The notes under the pieces were generated by a model. The model had not been told where the DNA came from, made no database searches, and was given only the letters and a program-made list of their open reading frames with translations. Positions 29,748 through 38,722 of a stretch of 64,000 nt of DNA are shown here, one piece after another; the first letter of the stretch is position 1, and the number at the start of each line of letters is the position of its first letter. A program made the position numbers and the translations under genes. The stretch is from Aquirufa sp. (GTDB taxonomy: Bacteria > Bacteroidota > Bacteroidia > Cytophagales > Spirosomataceae): positions 47,211-111,210 of the forward strand of contig JBIKRO010000002.1 in NCBI GenBank assembly GCA_044349095.1, written 5' to 3'.

Positions 29748-29841
29748 GTTACCATTTTTGTAGCGACAAATTTACGAATTATAATCTTATGGGCATGAGA
29801 AATTGAATTCTAAAAAAAATGTCCTATTTTTGCCTCCTAGT

Positions 29842-30195
29842 ATGCAAAATAAAGTCAAAATATTTCAAATAATCTTATTCATCCCCGTGCTTTTTTGGCT
29901 CGTGGCAAAGCCGATTTCTTTAACCTCGGCTGAAAGGGTTGATTGTAAGATAGAGAAAAAAGGACACTCAAAACGTCCAGCGGACTCGAAGCAATCCCAA
30001 GTTTATGCGGTACAGCATGTATATCAAGCGGCTGCAAATCTACAGTTTGATTTTCCTTCTGATTGGAATTTTGTTTCGCCGATCGAATTTTTCAGCATAC
30101 AACCTCTTAATGATTTTAAACTGCCTGCGGTTATACATCGTACGCAATTTATGCGAATTTTATTAACTCAATTTATAGCCACTCTGGCACCCTGA
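29842..30195 (+). CDS. hypothetical protein with an N-terminal hydrophobic segment
   Basis: ORF only. The ATG at 29842 is preferred over the TTG at 29803 because a TATTTTTG box sits at 29825-29832. No family motif. Confidence 0.3.
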   Translation: MQNKVKIFQIILFIPVLFWLVAKPISLTSAERVDCKIEKKGHSKRPADSKQSQVYAVQHVYQAAANLQFDFPSDWNFVSPIEFFSIQPLNDFKLPAVIHRTQFMRILLTQFIATLAP

Positions 30196-30254
30196 TGAAC
30201 CTTATTTAAGAGGTTTATTCAATTTTTAATTTACAAATTTTTAATTTTTATATC

Positions 30255-33182
30255 ATGCGTTACAAAAGTGCTATTATTTGGCTGTCTACTATTATTTCAG
30301 CTTTATGTATTTTCTTCCTTTCCTTTACATGGAAGGCGGGCCAATTAAGAGATCAGGCAAATAATTATGCTACCTCTAAAGACGGGAAATTTGACCCGGC
30401 AAAAAGACTTCATTTTATTGATTCCTTATGGAAACAACCCGTATACATCGGATATACATTCCAAGAAGTTACCCAATATGCCCTTCACAAAGGATTGGAT
30501 TTAGAAGGGGGTTTACACGCGGTACTAGAGGTTTCACCTGTGGAAATTCTTCGTGCTCTTTCTGGAAAAAGTAATGATCCCAATTTTGAGAAGGCTTTAG
30601 CGGAAGCTAATGCGGCTCAAGCGAATTCATCTAAATCATTTAATGATTTGTTTTATGATGCCTTTGCAAAAGTTGCACCGAATCAAACCTTAGCATCTGT
30701 TTTTGCTAATTCGGTGAATCGTGGAAAAATCAGTTCTTCATCTTCTGATTCAGAGGTTAAGAAGGTTATTGACGCGGAAATTGACGGGGCTGTTGACCGT
30801 GTGTACAAAATTATTCAAGCGCGTATCGATAAGTTTGGTGTAGCTAATCCAAACATTCAAAGACTTCCTGGTTCGAACAGAATCCAAGTAGAATTACCAG
30901 GTGTGGATAATCCTGAGCGTGCCCGTAAATTATTATCGGGTGCGGCGAAATTGGAGTTTATCGAGTGTTATGAAGTAAATGAATATGGATCTGGATTGAA
31001 TGCTTTAGGAGCATTATTAGATCAGGAGTCTAAGCAACCTGCGGTAGCTTCATCGGCAGCCACTACCTCTGTTAAAGATACGTTAAGCAATGCTTTGGCA
31101 TCCCAATTATCTAAGCCTGCGGTTAAGGATTCAGGAAAAGCAAAGGCAGACACAAGTGCTGGAAGTGCATTGACCAAATTATTCTTGCCTATGGGCAATG
31201 GAATTGGGGTTTATCGCAAAGATACAGCTCGAGTAAATGCGTTATTTCGCCGTGCTGATGTGCGTGGATTTTTTCCTGCTAACCTGACATTTGCTTGGGC
31301 TGCGAAAGGAATTCCGGCAACGAATGGAGATGAGATTTTAACCTTAGAAGCTTTGAAAAAGGCGGAAGGCCAATCGGCCCCATTAGAAGGAGATGTGATT
31401 ACAGATGCCGCTCAAGATTTTGATCAAACGGGTCGTGCTGAAGTGACGATGTCCATGAATGGAACGGGTGCTAGAATTTGGAAAAATTTAACGGGGGCTA
31501 ATGTAGGTCGTCGAATTGCCATTGTATTAGATGGCTACGTATATTCTGCACCGGTGATTAATGGAGAAATTGCAGGTGGACGTTCTTCGATCTCAGGTAG
31601 TTTTACCGTGGAGGAGGCTAAAGATTTAGCTAATGTGTTGAAAGCGGGTAAATTACCGGCGCCAACACGTATTGTTGAGGATGCATTTATTGGTCCTTCT
31701 TTAGGAGTTGAGTCCATTAACCAAGGGTATATGTCGATGCTATTAGGCTTGCTATTAGTAATCGTATTCATGATTGGTTATTATGGAAATCCTGGTTGGA
31801 TGGCTAATTTGGCCTTATTCTTTAACGTATTTTTCATTGCGGGGGTGTTGGTTCAAATCCAAGCAGCGTTAACTTTACCAGGTATCGCAGGTATTGTGTT
31901 AACCTTAGGTATGGCTGTGGATGCCAACGTATTAATCAATGAACGTATTCGTGAAGAATTACACAAAGGGAAAGGCTTATTAGATGCGATTAATGTTGGT
32001 TACGAGAAAGCATTAAGTGCGATTTTGGATGGTAACATTACCACAGTATTGATCGGTGTGATCTTGATTATATTCGGTTCTGGATCTGTTAAAGGATTTG
32101 GAGTAACACTTTGTATCGGTTTGATTACTTCGGTATTTACGGCGGTTTATATTTCTCATATCCTGATATTATGGATGGCTAATCGTGCGATTAAGGCGGG
32201 TAGAGAGAAGAATATGACGTTTGAGACATTTATATCGCGTGATTTATTCAAAGGAATGAATTTCGACTTTATCGGCAAACGTAAATATTCATATTGGTTC
32301 TCTTGGGGATTAATTGCCGCAGGTGCTATTGTGTTATTCATGCAGGGAGGATTTAATTTAGGCGTGGACTTTAAAGGTGGACGTTCGTATGTGGTTGAAT
32401 TTGCTCAACCGGTTGACGCAGGTAAAGTTAAAGAGGCCTTGTCTGATAATTTTGGTGGAAAAGGAGTGGAGGTAAAGACCTTTAATGGGGCTAGCAAATT
32501 GAAAGTAACCACTTCGTATTTAGTGGAGGACGAATCAATTACTGCGAATAATACGGTAAAAACTGCTTTGGAAACGGGCTTAAAAGATTTTGCGGCTAAT
32601 TCTCCAGTAATTGTTTCTGAGGCTAAAGTTGGCGCAACGGTAGCCGATGATATTTTGACGCAATCATTCCTTTCTATTTTATATGCTTTGGTGGCGATCT
32701 TTATTTACATTTTGATTCGTTTCCGTAAATGGCAATATTCATTGGGTGGAATTGTGGCCTTGGTACATGATGCATTAGTTGTGTTAGGTATGGTGGGTAT
32801 TGCTCGTCTAGTTGGTTTTGAATTGGAAATAGACCAAGTATTTATTGCGGCGATTTTGACCGTTATTGGTTATTCAATTAACGATACAGTGGTTGTATTT
32901 GACCGTATCCGTGAGGAGATTGGTGTGAATCCAGATTTGGGAAATAAGGCCTTAATGATCAAAACCATCAATGAATCTATTAACCATACGATGTCACGTA
33001 CGGTGATGACTGCGACCACCGTATTTTTGGTGGTTACTGTATTGTTAATCTTTGGTGGCGATGTATTGAGAGGATTCTCTTTCGCGATGTTTATAGGTGT
33101 TGTATTTGGAGCTTATTCTTCTATTTTTGTAGCGGCTCCTATCGTGATTGACCTAGGGACCTCATCTAAACCAAAAAAATAA
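30255..33182 (+). CDS. secDF: protein translocase subunit SecDF (fused)
   Basis: 975 aa with the SecD periplasmic motif 'KGLDLEGGLH' and two six-TM blocks with 'GMAVDANVLINERIREE' and 'SINDTVVVFDRIREE'. Confidence 0.92.
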   Translation: MRYKSAIIWLSTIISALCIFFLSFTWKAGQLRDQANNYATSKDGKFDPAKRLHFIDSLWKQPVYIGYTFQEVTQYALHKGLDLEGGLHAVLEVSPVEILRALSGKSNDPNFEKALAEANAAQANSSKSFNDLFYDAFAKVAPNQTLASVFANSVNRGKISSSSSDSEVKKVIDAEIDGAVDRVYKIIQARIDKFGVANPNIQRLPGSNRIQVELPGVDNPERARKLLSGAAKLEFIECYEVNEYGSGLNALGALLDQESKQPAVASSAATTSVKDTLSNALASQLSKPAVKDSGKAKADTSAGSALTKLFLPMGNGIGVYRKDTARVNALFRRADVRGFFPANLTFAWAAKGIPATNGDEILTLEALKKAEGQSAPLEGDVITDAAQDFDQTGRAEVTMSMNGTGARIWKNLTGANVGRRIAIVLDGYVYSAPVINGEIAGGRSSISGSFTVEEAKDLANVLKAGKLPAPTRIVEDAFIGPSLGVESINQGYMSMLLGLLLVIVFMIGYYGNPGWMANLALFFNVFFIAGVLVQIQAALTLPGIAGIVLTLGMAVDANVLINERIREELHKGKGLLDAINVGYEKALSAILDGNITTVLIGVILIIFGSGSVKGFGVTLCIGLITSVFTAVYISHILILWMANRAIKAGREKNMTFETFISRDLFKGMNFDFIGKRKYSYWFSWGLIAAGAIVLFMQGGFNLGVDFKGGRSYVVEFAQPVDAGKVKEALSDNFGGKGVEVKTFNGASKLKVTTSYLVEDESITANNTVKTALETGLKDFAANSPVIVSEAKVGATVADDILTQSFLSILYALVAIFIYILIRFRKWQYSLGGIVALVHDALVVLGMVGIARLVGFELEIDQVFIAAILTVIGYSINDTVVVFDRIREEIGVNPDLGNKALMIKTINESINHTMSRTVMTATTVFLVVTVLLIFGGDVLRGFSFAMFIGVVFGAYSSIFVAAPIVIDLGTSSKPKK

Positions 33183-33185
33183 ATG

Positions 33186-33215
33186 ATACTGGCAATCTGA
33201 GAGGATTGCCAGTAT
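33186..33215 (+). terminator. stem-loop after secDF (weak terminator candidate)
   Basis: Perfect 12-bp stem ATACTGGCAATC/GATTGCCAGTAT with a 6-nt loop, but only two T residues follow. Confidence 0.4.
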
Positions 33216-33238
33216 TTACATCAACCTAATTTAATAAT

Positions 33239-34717
33239 ATGAACAATAGTATTTGGAGAAAAAAGCCTTTAGAGGCCTATGCTGAGGATGTCAAGAATAG
33301 CCAACTCAAGCGTGTGCTGGGTAAATGGGCGTTAACATCTTTGGGAATTGGAGCCGTTATTGGCGGTGGAATTTTCACATTGACAGGTATTGCCGCACAT
33401 GATTGGGCGGGTCCTGCCTTAGCTTTAGCCTTTGTTTTGGCGGGTACTGCGTGTACATTTGCCGCGCTTTGCTATGCTGAATTTGCATCTATTTTGCCTG
33501 TTGAAGGAAGTGCTTATGCATATTCTTACGGTACGGTAGGCGAATTTTTTGCCTGGTTCATTGGTTGGAATTTAATCTTAGAATACATGATGGGCGCCAC
33601 CACGGTAGCCGTTGCTTGGAGTGGATATTTTGAAAAACTTTTACATCTTTTCAATATAAACTTGCCTCTTTATTTGACCAATGATCCCGTGACTGCGGCT
33701 GAAAAGGTTGAAAAATTACGTGCAGCGGGTCAGGCAGTTCCAGATTTTGCTTTTGCCTTTAATTTACCTGCTTTTATCATCGTATGGTTGGTTACTTGGG
33801 TTTTAGTGAAGGGCATTAAAGAAGCGGCAAGTACGAACAACCTTATTGTGATTATGAAAGTTGCCGCGGTAATTTTTGTTATTGTCGTGGGTGCATTTTA
33901 TGTGGATACAGCTAATTGGCATCCCTTCATTCCAGATCCAGTTGTGGATGCTAAGGGTGCGACGCACTTTGGTTTTGACGGGGTGGTTACGGCAGCTTCC
34001 ATTATTTTCTTTGCTTATATTGGCTTTGATGCCGTGTCTACTCAGGCAGGAGAGGCCATTAATCCTACCAAGGATGTTCCGTTCGCTATTATTGCTTCTT
34101 TATTAATTTGTACAGTCTTGTACATTTTAGTTTCGTTGGTTTTGACGGGAATGGTTAAATATGATACCTTGGATTTGAAGGCACCAGTGGCTTCGGCTTT
34201 CGAAGGTGCTGGATTGCCTATCGCGATGTACATTGTGACGATAGCTGCCACGGCAGGTTTAACCTCTGTGATGCTCGTTATGATGCTTTCGCAAACACGT
34301 ATCTTCTTAGGTATGGCTAAGGACGGATTATTGCCAAAAGGTTTATTTGCAGCTATTCACCCTAAGTTTAAGACGCCATGGAAGTCGACGATTTTTGTGG
34401 GTGGTATCGTGTCCGTTGTTTCAGCTTTGACACCGATCGACAAAGTTTCTGAAATGTGTAGTTCTGGAACCTTATTAGCCTTTGCGATGATATGTGGAGC
34501 GGTTTGGTTGTTACGAGTTCGTGAGCCAAACATCGAGCGTCCATTTAAAGTGAAATTTTTGCCATTTGTTGCGACCGCTGGTATTTTGTGTAATTTATAT
34601 TTAATGTGGGGTTTGCGTACAGAAACCAAGATTTCGTTTTTGATATGGGGAACTTTAGGCATTATTGTATACTTCGCTTATAGTCGAGGGCATAGTAATT
34701 TGAATAAGAAATCTTAA
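33239..34717 (+). CDS. APC superfamily amino acid permease
   Basis: About 12 predicted TM segments and an N-terminal 'GIGAVIGGGIFTLTG' signature. 492 aa. Confidence 0.85.
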   Translation: MNNSIWRKKPLEAYAEDVKNSQLKRVLGKWALTSLGIGAVIGGGIFTLTGIAAHDWAGPALALAFVLAGTACTFAALCYAEFASILPVEGSAYAYSYGTVGEFFAWFIGWNLILEYMMGATTVAVAWSGYFEKLLHLFNINLPLYLTNDPVTAAEKVEKLRAAGQAVPDFAFAFNLPAFIIVWLVTWVLVKGIKEAASTNNLIVIMKVAAVIFVIVVGAFYVDTANWHPFIPDPVVDAKGATHFGFDGVVTAASIIFFAYIGFDAVSTQAGEAINPTKDVPFAIIASLLICTVLYILVSLVLTGMVKYDTLDLKAPVASAFEGAGLPIAMYIVTIAATAGLTSVMLVMMLSQTRIFLGMAKDGLLPKGLFAAIHPKFKTPWKSTIFVGGIVSVVSALTPIDKVSEMCSSGTLLAFAMICGAVWLLRVREPNIERPFKVKFLPFVATAGILCNLYLMWGLRTETKISFLIWGTLGIIVYFAYSRGHSNLNKKS

Positions 34718-34723
34718 AAAAGG

Positions 34724-34750
34724 AGGCGCAAGAAATTGCGCCTTTTTTTT
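34724..34750 (+). terminator. intrinsic terminator after the permease
   Basis: 8-bp stem AGGCGCAA/TTGCGCCT, GAAA loop, followed by a T8 run. Confidence 0.75.
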
Positions 34751-34872
34751 GCACCTTTAAAAAAGGTTTCTAATTTTTTTTTTGAGTATTGATCAAGTTG
34801 GCCTGATAACTTTCAATGAATGTAAGCATTCAGCTTCTTTCATTTGTATTTTTAATCCAATGGATTTTGGCG

Positions 34873-34880
34873 TATTTTTG
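34873..34880 (+). promoter_or_regulatory. candidate -7 promoter box for prfC (TATTTTTG)
   Basis: Exact TAnnTTTG match 27 nt upstream of the prfC ATG, downstream of the preceding terminator. Confidence 0.35.
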
Positions 34881-34906
34881 CACCTTGATTTTATAATGTA
34901 TATCGA

Positions 34907-36499
34907 ATGGGTCATATTGAAACAGAAATAGCGAAACGAAGAACTTTTGGGATTATTTCTCACCCCGATGCTGGCAAGACCACATTGACGGAGAAATTGC
35001 TTCTCTTTGGTGGAGCGATTCAAACGGCCGGTGCGGTAAAGTCAAATAAGATTAAGAAGGGTGCTACGTCTGACTTTATGGAAATTGAACGCCAAAGGGG
35101 AATTTCAGTGGCCACTTCCGTGATGACTTTTGAATACAATCAGGTTAAAATAAACATTTTAGATACCCCGGGTCACAAAGATTTTGCAGAGGATACCTAT
35201 CGGACACTCACGGCGGTGGACTCAGTAATTCTAGTGATCGACTGCGTAAAAGGGGTGGAGGAACAAACGGAGAGATTGATGGAAGTATGTCGCATGCGCA
35301 AAACGCCGGTGATTATTTTTATCAATAAAATGGACCGCGAAGGTCGAAATCCATTTGATTTATTGGACGAGTTAGAGCAAAAATTAGGGATATCAGTTCG
35401 ACCGTTGACATGGCCGATCAACATGGGTCAAAATTTCAAAGGGGTTTATCATTTATTGGATCGTTCTTTAAATTTATTCTCGGCCAATAAAACTAAGATT
35501 GAAAAGAATGTGGTTTCTGTGGATATTTCTACAGCAGAGTTAGACACTCGAGTGGGCGAACGAGATGCTGTTCAATTGCGTGAAGATGTCGAATTAATTG
35601 AAGGAGTTTACGAGCCTTTTGATCGGACCGATTATCTATCTGGGGATTTAGCGCCTGTATTTTTTGGTTCCGCGGTGAATAATTTTGGTATTCAAGAATT
35701 GCTTGACACGTTCACAAAAATTGCTCCTTCTACCCAAGCCCGTGGAACGGATATCAGGATTGTAGAACCTCAAGAGAAAAAATTCACAGGTTTTGTGTTT
35801 AAAATTCACGCAAATTTAGATCCTAAACATAGGGATCGAATTGCTTTTTTACGCGTTTGTTCAGGGGTATTTCATCGGAATACCTTTTACCAACATATTC
35901 GATTGAAGAAAAATGTGCGTTTTGCCAATCCGTATAATTTCATGGCGCAGGATAAAGAGGTGGTGGAAGAGGGATTTCCTGGGGATGTAATCGGTTTATA
36001 TGATACCGGAAATTTTAAAATTGGCGATACGTTGACCGAAGGAGAAATCCTGAATTACCAAGGAATTCCAAGCTTTTCACCGGAAATATTCAAGGAATTA
36101 ATGAACCTAGATCCGATGAAATCGAAGCAATTGGAAAAGGGAATTGACCAGTTGACGGATGAAGGCGTAGCCCAATTATTCACACAACCTCAATTAGGTA
36201 ACCGCAAAATTGTGGGAACGGTGGGGGAACTTCAATATGAAGTAATTCAATACCGTTTGGAACATGAATATGGTGCTAAATGCCGTTTTGATGGCATGTC
36301 AGTCACGAAGGCTTGTTGGATTACTTCCGAGGACCCCAAAAAACTACAAGAATTTGTCCGTTTAAAAGGTCAAAATATTGCGCAAGATAAGGATGGGAAC
36401 TACGTCTTTTTAGCCGAATCAGATTGGATATTACGTATGAATCAGACCAATAACCCTGAAATTGAATTCCATTTTACTTCAGAATTCAAATTAGCCTAA
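34907..36499 (+). CDS. prfC: peptide chain release factor 3
   Basis: GTPase motifs '[14 protein letters not shown]', 'DTPGHKDF' and 'NKMDR'. 530 aa. Confidence 0.95.
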   Translation: MGHIETEIAKRRTFGIISHPDAGKTTLTEKLLLFGGAIQTAGAVKSNKIKKGATSDFMEIERQRGISVATSVMTFEYNQVKINILDTPGHKDFAEDTYRTLTAVDSVILVIDCVKGVEEQTERLMEVCRMRKTPVIIFINKMDREGRNPFDLLDELEQKLGISVRPLTWPINMGQNFKGVYHLLDRSLNLFSANKTKIEKNVVSVDISTAELDTRVGERDAVQLREDVELIEGVYEPFDRTDYLSGDLAPVFFGSAVNNFGIQELLDTFTKIAPSTQARGTDIRIVEPQEKKFTGFVFKIHANLDPKHRDRIAFLRVCSGVFHRNTFYQHIRLKKNVRFANPYNFMAQDKEVVEEGFPGDVIGLYDTGNFKIGDTLTEGEILNYQGIPSFSPEIFKELMNLDPMKSKQLEKGIDQLTDEGVAQLFTQPQLGNRKIVGTVGELQYEVIQYRLEHEYGAKCRFDGMSVTKACWITSEDPKKLQEFVRLKGQNIAQDKDGNYVFLAESDWILRMNQTNNPEIEFHFTSEFKLA

Positions 36500-36514
36500 A
36501 GGTATTTAAATTTT

Positions 36515-36553
36515 AAAAGCCTGCCGATTCACATGAGTCGGCAGGCTTTTTTT
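36515..36553. terminator. bidirectional intrinsic terminator between prfC and the BASS transporter
   Basis: Perfect 13-bp stem AAAAGCCTGCCGA/TCGGCAGGCTTTT with a 10-nt loop. T-run on the plus strand and A-run upstream. Confidence 0.8.
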
Positions 36554-36576
36554 ATGTAATGATTCCCAATGAATCC

Positions 36577-37632
36577 TTATTTATTTTTCCAATAATTGGC
36601 CAAGCTGGATCCATTGATGTTCATGACTGGACCAAAAATGGCTGCGGGTAATCCTACAGTTGCCACTTTTCCCATGGCCATGGCTAAACCTGAGGCTAAA
36701 CCTGCATTTTGTAATCCTACTTCAATAGCGATTGTTCGACAATCTTTTTCAGGAAGATTGGTGAGTCTACCTCCCCAATATCCTAAAATAAAACCGATGA
36801 TGTTGTGTAAAAAACAAGCCAAAACAAGCAGTGGGCCAACGGAAATAAGAGCATCCCTTCCATTAGCTGTAATAATGATGATGATCAATCCAATACTAAT
36901 CATGGAGATTAGTGGCAATTGTTCTTGAAACCAAGGCCATTTATTTCCAATGATTCGGTTGTAAATGACCCCTAAAATAATGGGGATTAAGATCAATTTA
37001 CTGATTTCCCAAATCATGGCGATCAGATCAATTTCGATCAATTGGCCGGCCAGATTTTTCATCAACAAGGGAGTTAAAAGGGGCGCAATGAATGTGGCGA
37101 TGGACGTTAGCGTGAGTGAAAGAGCTACATTGGCCTTGGCTAAATAAGACATAACGTTCGAAGCTAATCCGCAAGGCATGCAACCTACTAAAATGATGCC
37201 CGCCGATATTTCCGGCGGGAAGCTAAATACTTTTGTTAAGCCCCAGCCCACTAATGGCATGATGGAAAATTGGAAAAATACGCCTAAAGCCACAGCTTTT
37301 GGAGACTTTAACACTTCTTGGAAATCTGAAATCTGCATGGTAGATCCCATCCCAAACATGATTAATTGCAGCAATGGGATAATCAATATTTTAAATTTTA
37401 CATCACCAAAGCCAATGAAGGGCGTAGGGAATTGTAGCGTTAAAACTACCGCTGCGATGATCCACAGCGTAAATGAGAAGCCTTTCAGTGACTCTTTGGT
37501 ATGGGTGGAGATGGCTATCAGCGCAACGCCAATGATCCATAAAATTCCGGCCCAAGAAGTATCTGAAAAAATAAGCCCAATAAGTATAATGGTCGCCCCA
37601 GAAATGGATAATAATTTAAAGTTGTTTTTCAT
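36577..37632 (-). CDS. bile acid:sodium symporter (BASS/SBF) family transporter with an N-terminal extension
   Basis: Polytopic membrane protein with 'EVGLQNAGLASGLA' and 'MFGMGSTM' type SBF signatures. It has about 75 extra N-terminal residues carrying additional TM segments. Overlaps the AraC gene by 17 nt. Confidence 0.72.
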   Translation of the reverse strand: MKNNFKLLSISGATIILIGLIFSDTSWAGILWIIGVALIAISTHTKESLKGFSFTLWIIAAVVLTLQFPTPFIGFGDVKFKILIIPLLQLIMFGMGSTMQISDFQEVLKSPKAVALGVFFQFSIMPLVGWGLTKVFSFPPEISAGIILVGCMPCGLASNVMSYLAKANVALSLTLTSIATFIAPLLTPLLMKNLAGQLIEIDLIAMIWEISKLILIPIILGVIYNRIIGNKWPWFQEQLPLISMISIGLIIIIITANGRDALISVGPLLVLACFLHNIIGFILGYWGGRLTNLPEKDCRTIAIEVGLQNAGLASGLAMAMGKVATVGLPAAIFGPVMNINGSSLANYWKNK

Positions 37633-38509
37633 AATAGGTTTTGCGGTATTTATGCGGACTGACGCCCGTCATTTTTTTAAAGGTTAACGAAAAGTGTTGT
37701 GGCGAATAAAAGCCAGTTTCATAGGCTATGTCGCCTATTTTATGATTGAAATGTGTCATTAAATTCATGGCAATATTGATGCGTGTTTTGATTAAAAAGT
37801 TGATAGGACTTAAGCCCGTCTCCATTTTCATTCGCTCACTAAACGCCGTGATTCCGAGCTGCGCTATCTGAGCCATCTCAGGTACAGACCAATGATGCAA
37901 TGGATCTTTCGTTATATTTTGTTCAATAATTTGACTCACTTTTGTATTTTCTGACGTTTTTAAACTAGACTTTTGAGCTTCGCGTGCGTATAAAATCATG
38001 ATTTGGTCAATAATATGGATGACCATTTCATTTTGGCTCATTTCGTGGACAAATATTTCATTGGTCAACTGCACAAATAATTTGGCCAAGAAATCTGATT
38101 TATTGATTTTGAATTTATGGTAGTTTTTGAAAATTTCGCCAATTTCCATTTGGTCATATTTGGAAATTTTAGACCAATATCCAAATTCTAAATCTTGATC
38201 AGCATCAAAAAATTTAGTGCGTATAATGAGGTGAAAGAAGGATGAACGTCTAATTCGATTAGGGATAATTTCGACATTTTCCCATGGGCATACCACCAAA
38301 CAGTCACCGGGAAGCATGGTTTGTCTATTACCGTCAACACTAATTTCAAAAATTCCATCTTTGAAATAGAACATGCGAATACCGATTCCTTGAGGTAAAT
38401 ATACGGGGTTTGACTTGTTTGAGTCAACGGTCTGAAAGCTAAAATGCTCGATAAATGGGAAGTGAGCACTACAATCATTAAATGGAAATGTTAACGCAAA
38501 ATTTTTCAT
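37616..38509 (-). CDS. AraC family transcriptional regulator
   Basis: N-terminal cupin-like sensor region and a C-terminal double HTH ending 'IAYETGFYSPQHFSLTFKKMTGVSPHKYR'. Confidence 0.88.
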   Translation of the reverse strand: MKNFALTFPFNDCSAHFPFIEHFSFQTVDSNKSNPVYLPQGIGIRMFYFKDGIFEISVDGNRQTMLPGDCLVVCPWENVEIIPNRIRRSSFFHLIIRTKFFDADQDLEFGYWSKISKYDQMEIGEIFKNYHKFKINKSDFLAKLFVQLTNEIFVHEMSQNEMVIHIIDQIMILYAREAQKSSLKTSENTKVSQIIEQNITKDPLHHWSVPEMAQIAQLGITAFSERMKMETGLSPINFLIKTRINIAMNLMTHFNHKIGDIAYETGFYSPQHFSLTFKKMTGVSPHKYRKTYYEKQL

Positions 38510-38722
38510 GTTAAATTAAAATCAATCCATTCGGCAAATCAATTTTAGCGCTAAATAGTCTAAAAAATATGAATAGAACTAGTTGGTTTATTGCTTCAAT
38601 TTAAATTATAACACAATACAACCGAAAATTTATAAAAAAAAATTATAAAAATCACCAACGAGGAAATATATAATTTTTTCTCAATATAATTAAGAATATT
38701 AGCGGTCTAAACTTAAACAATT

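Noticed and set aside
29748-29841. Possible NAD-related riboswitch or leader upstream of nadC-nadA
   Set aside because: The leader is under 100 nt, AT-rich, and shows no conserved stem architecture that I can recognise. A TAnnTTTG box here points the other way, toward the plus-strand hypothetical ORF.
34793-35023. 76-aa minus-strand ORF across the permease/prfC intergenic region
   Set aside because: It overlaps the prfC start and the candidate prfC promoter box. It has no recognisable family and a compositionally non-coding appearance.
34907-36499. Programmed frameshift check in the release-factor gene
   Set aside because: This is prfC (RF3, GTPase motifs), not prfB. The ORF is continuous with no internal stop or shift.
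36596-37687. Three long plus-strand ORFs (110, 60 and 169 aa) inside the BASS transporter gene
   Set aside because: They are antisense to a convincing polytopic membrane protein. Antisense frames of hydrophobic genes in AT-rich genomes commonly stay open. No motifs or start context.
38510-38722. Possible AraC operator repeats in the araC/susC divergent region (adjacent AAAATT(T)ATAAAAA words near 38624-38650)
   Set aside because: The region is low-complexity A/T sequence, so these near-repeats are not distinguishable from composition effects by eye. No exact TAnnTTTG box was found either.
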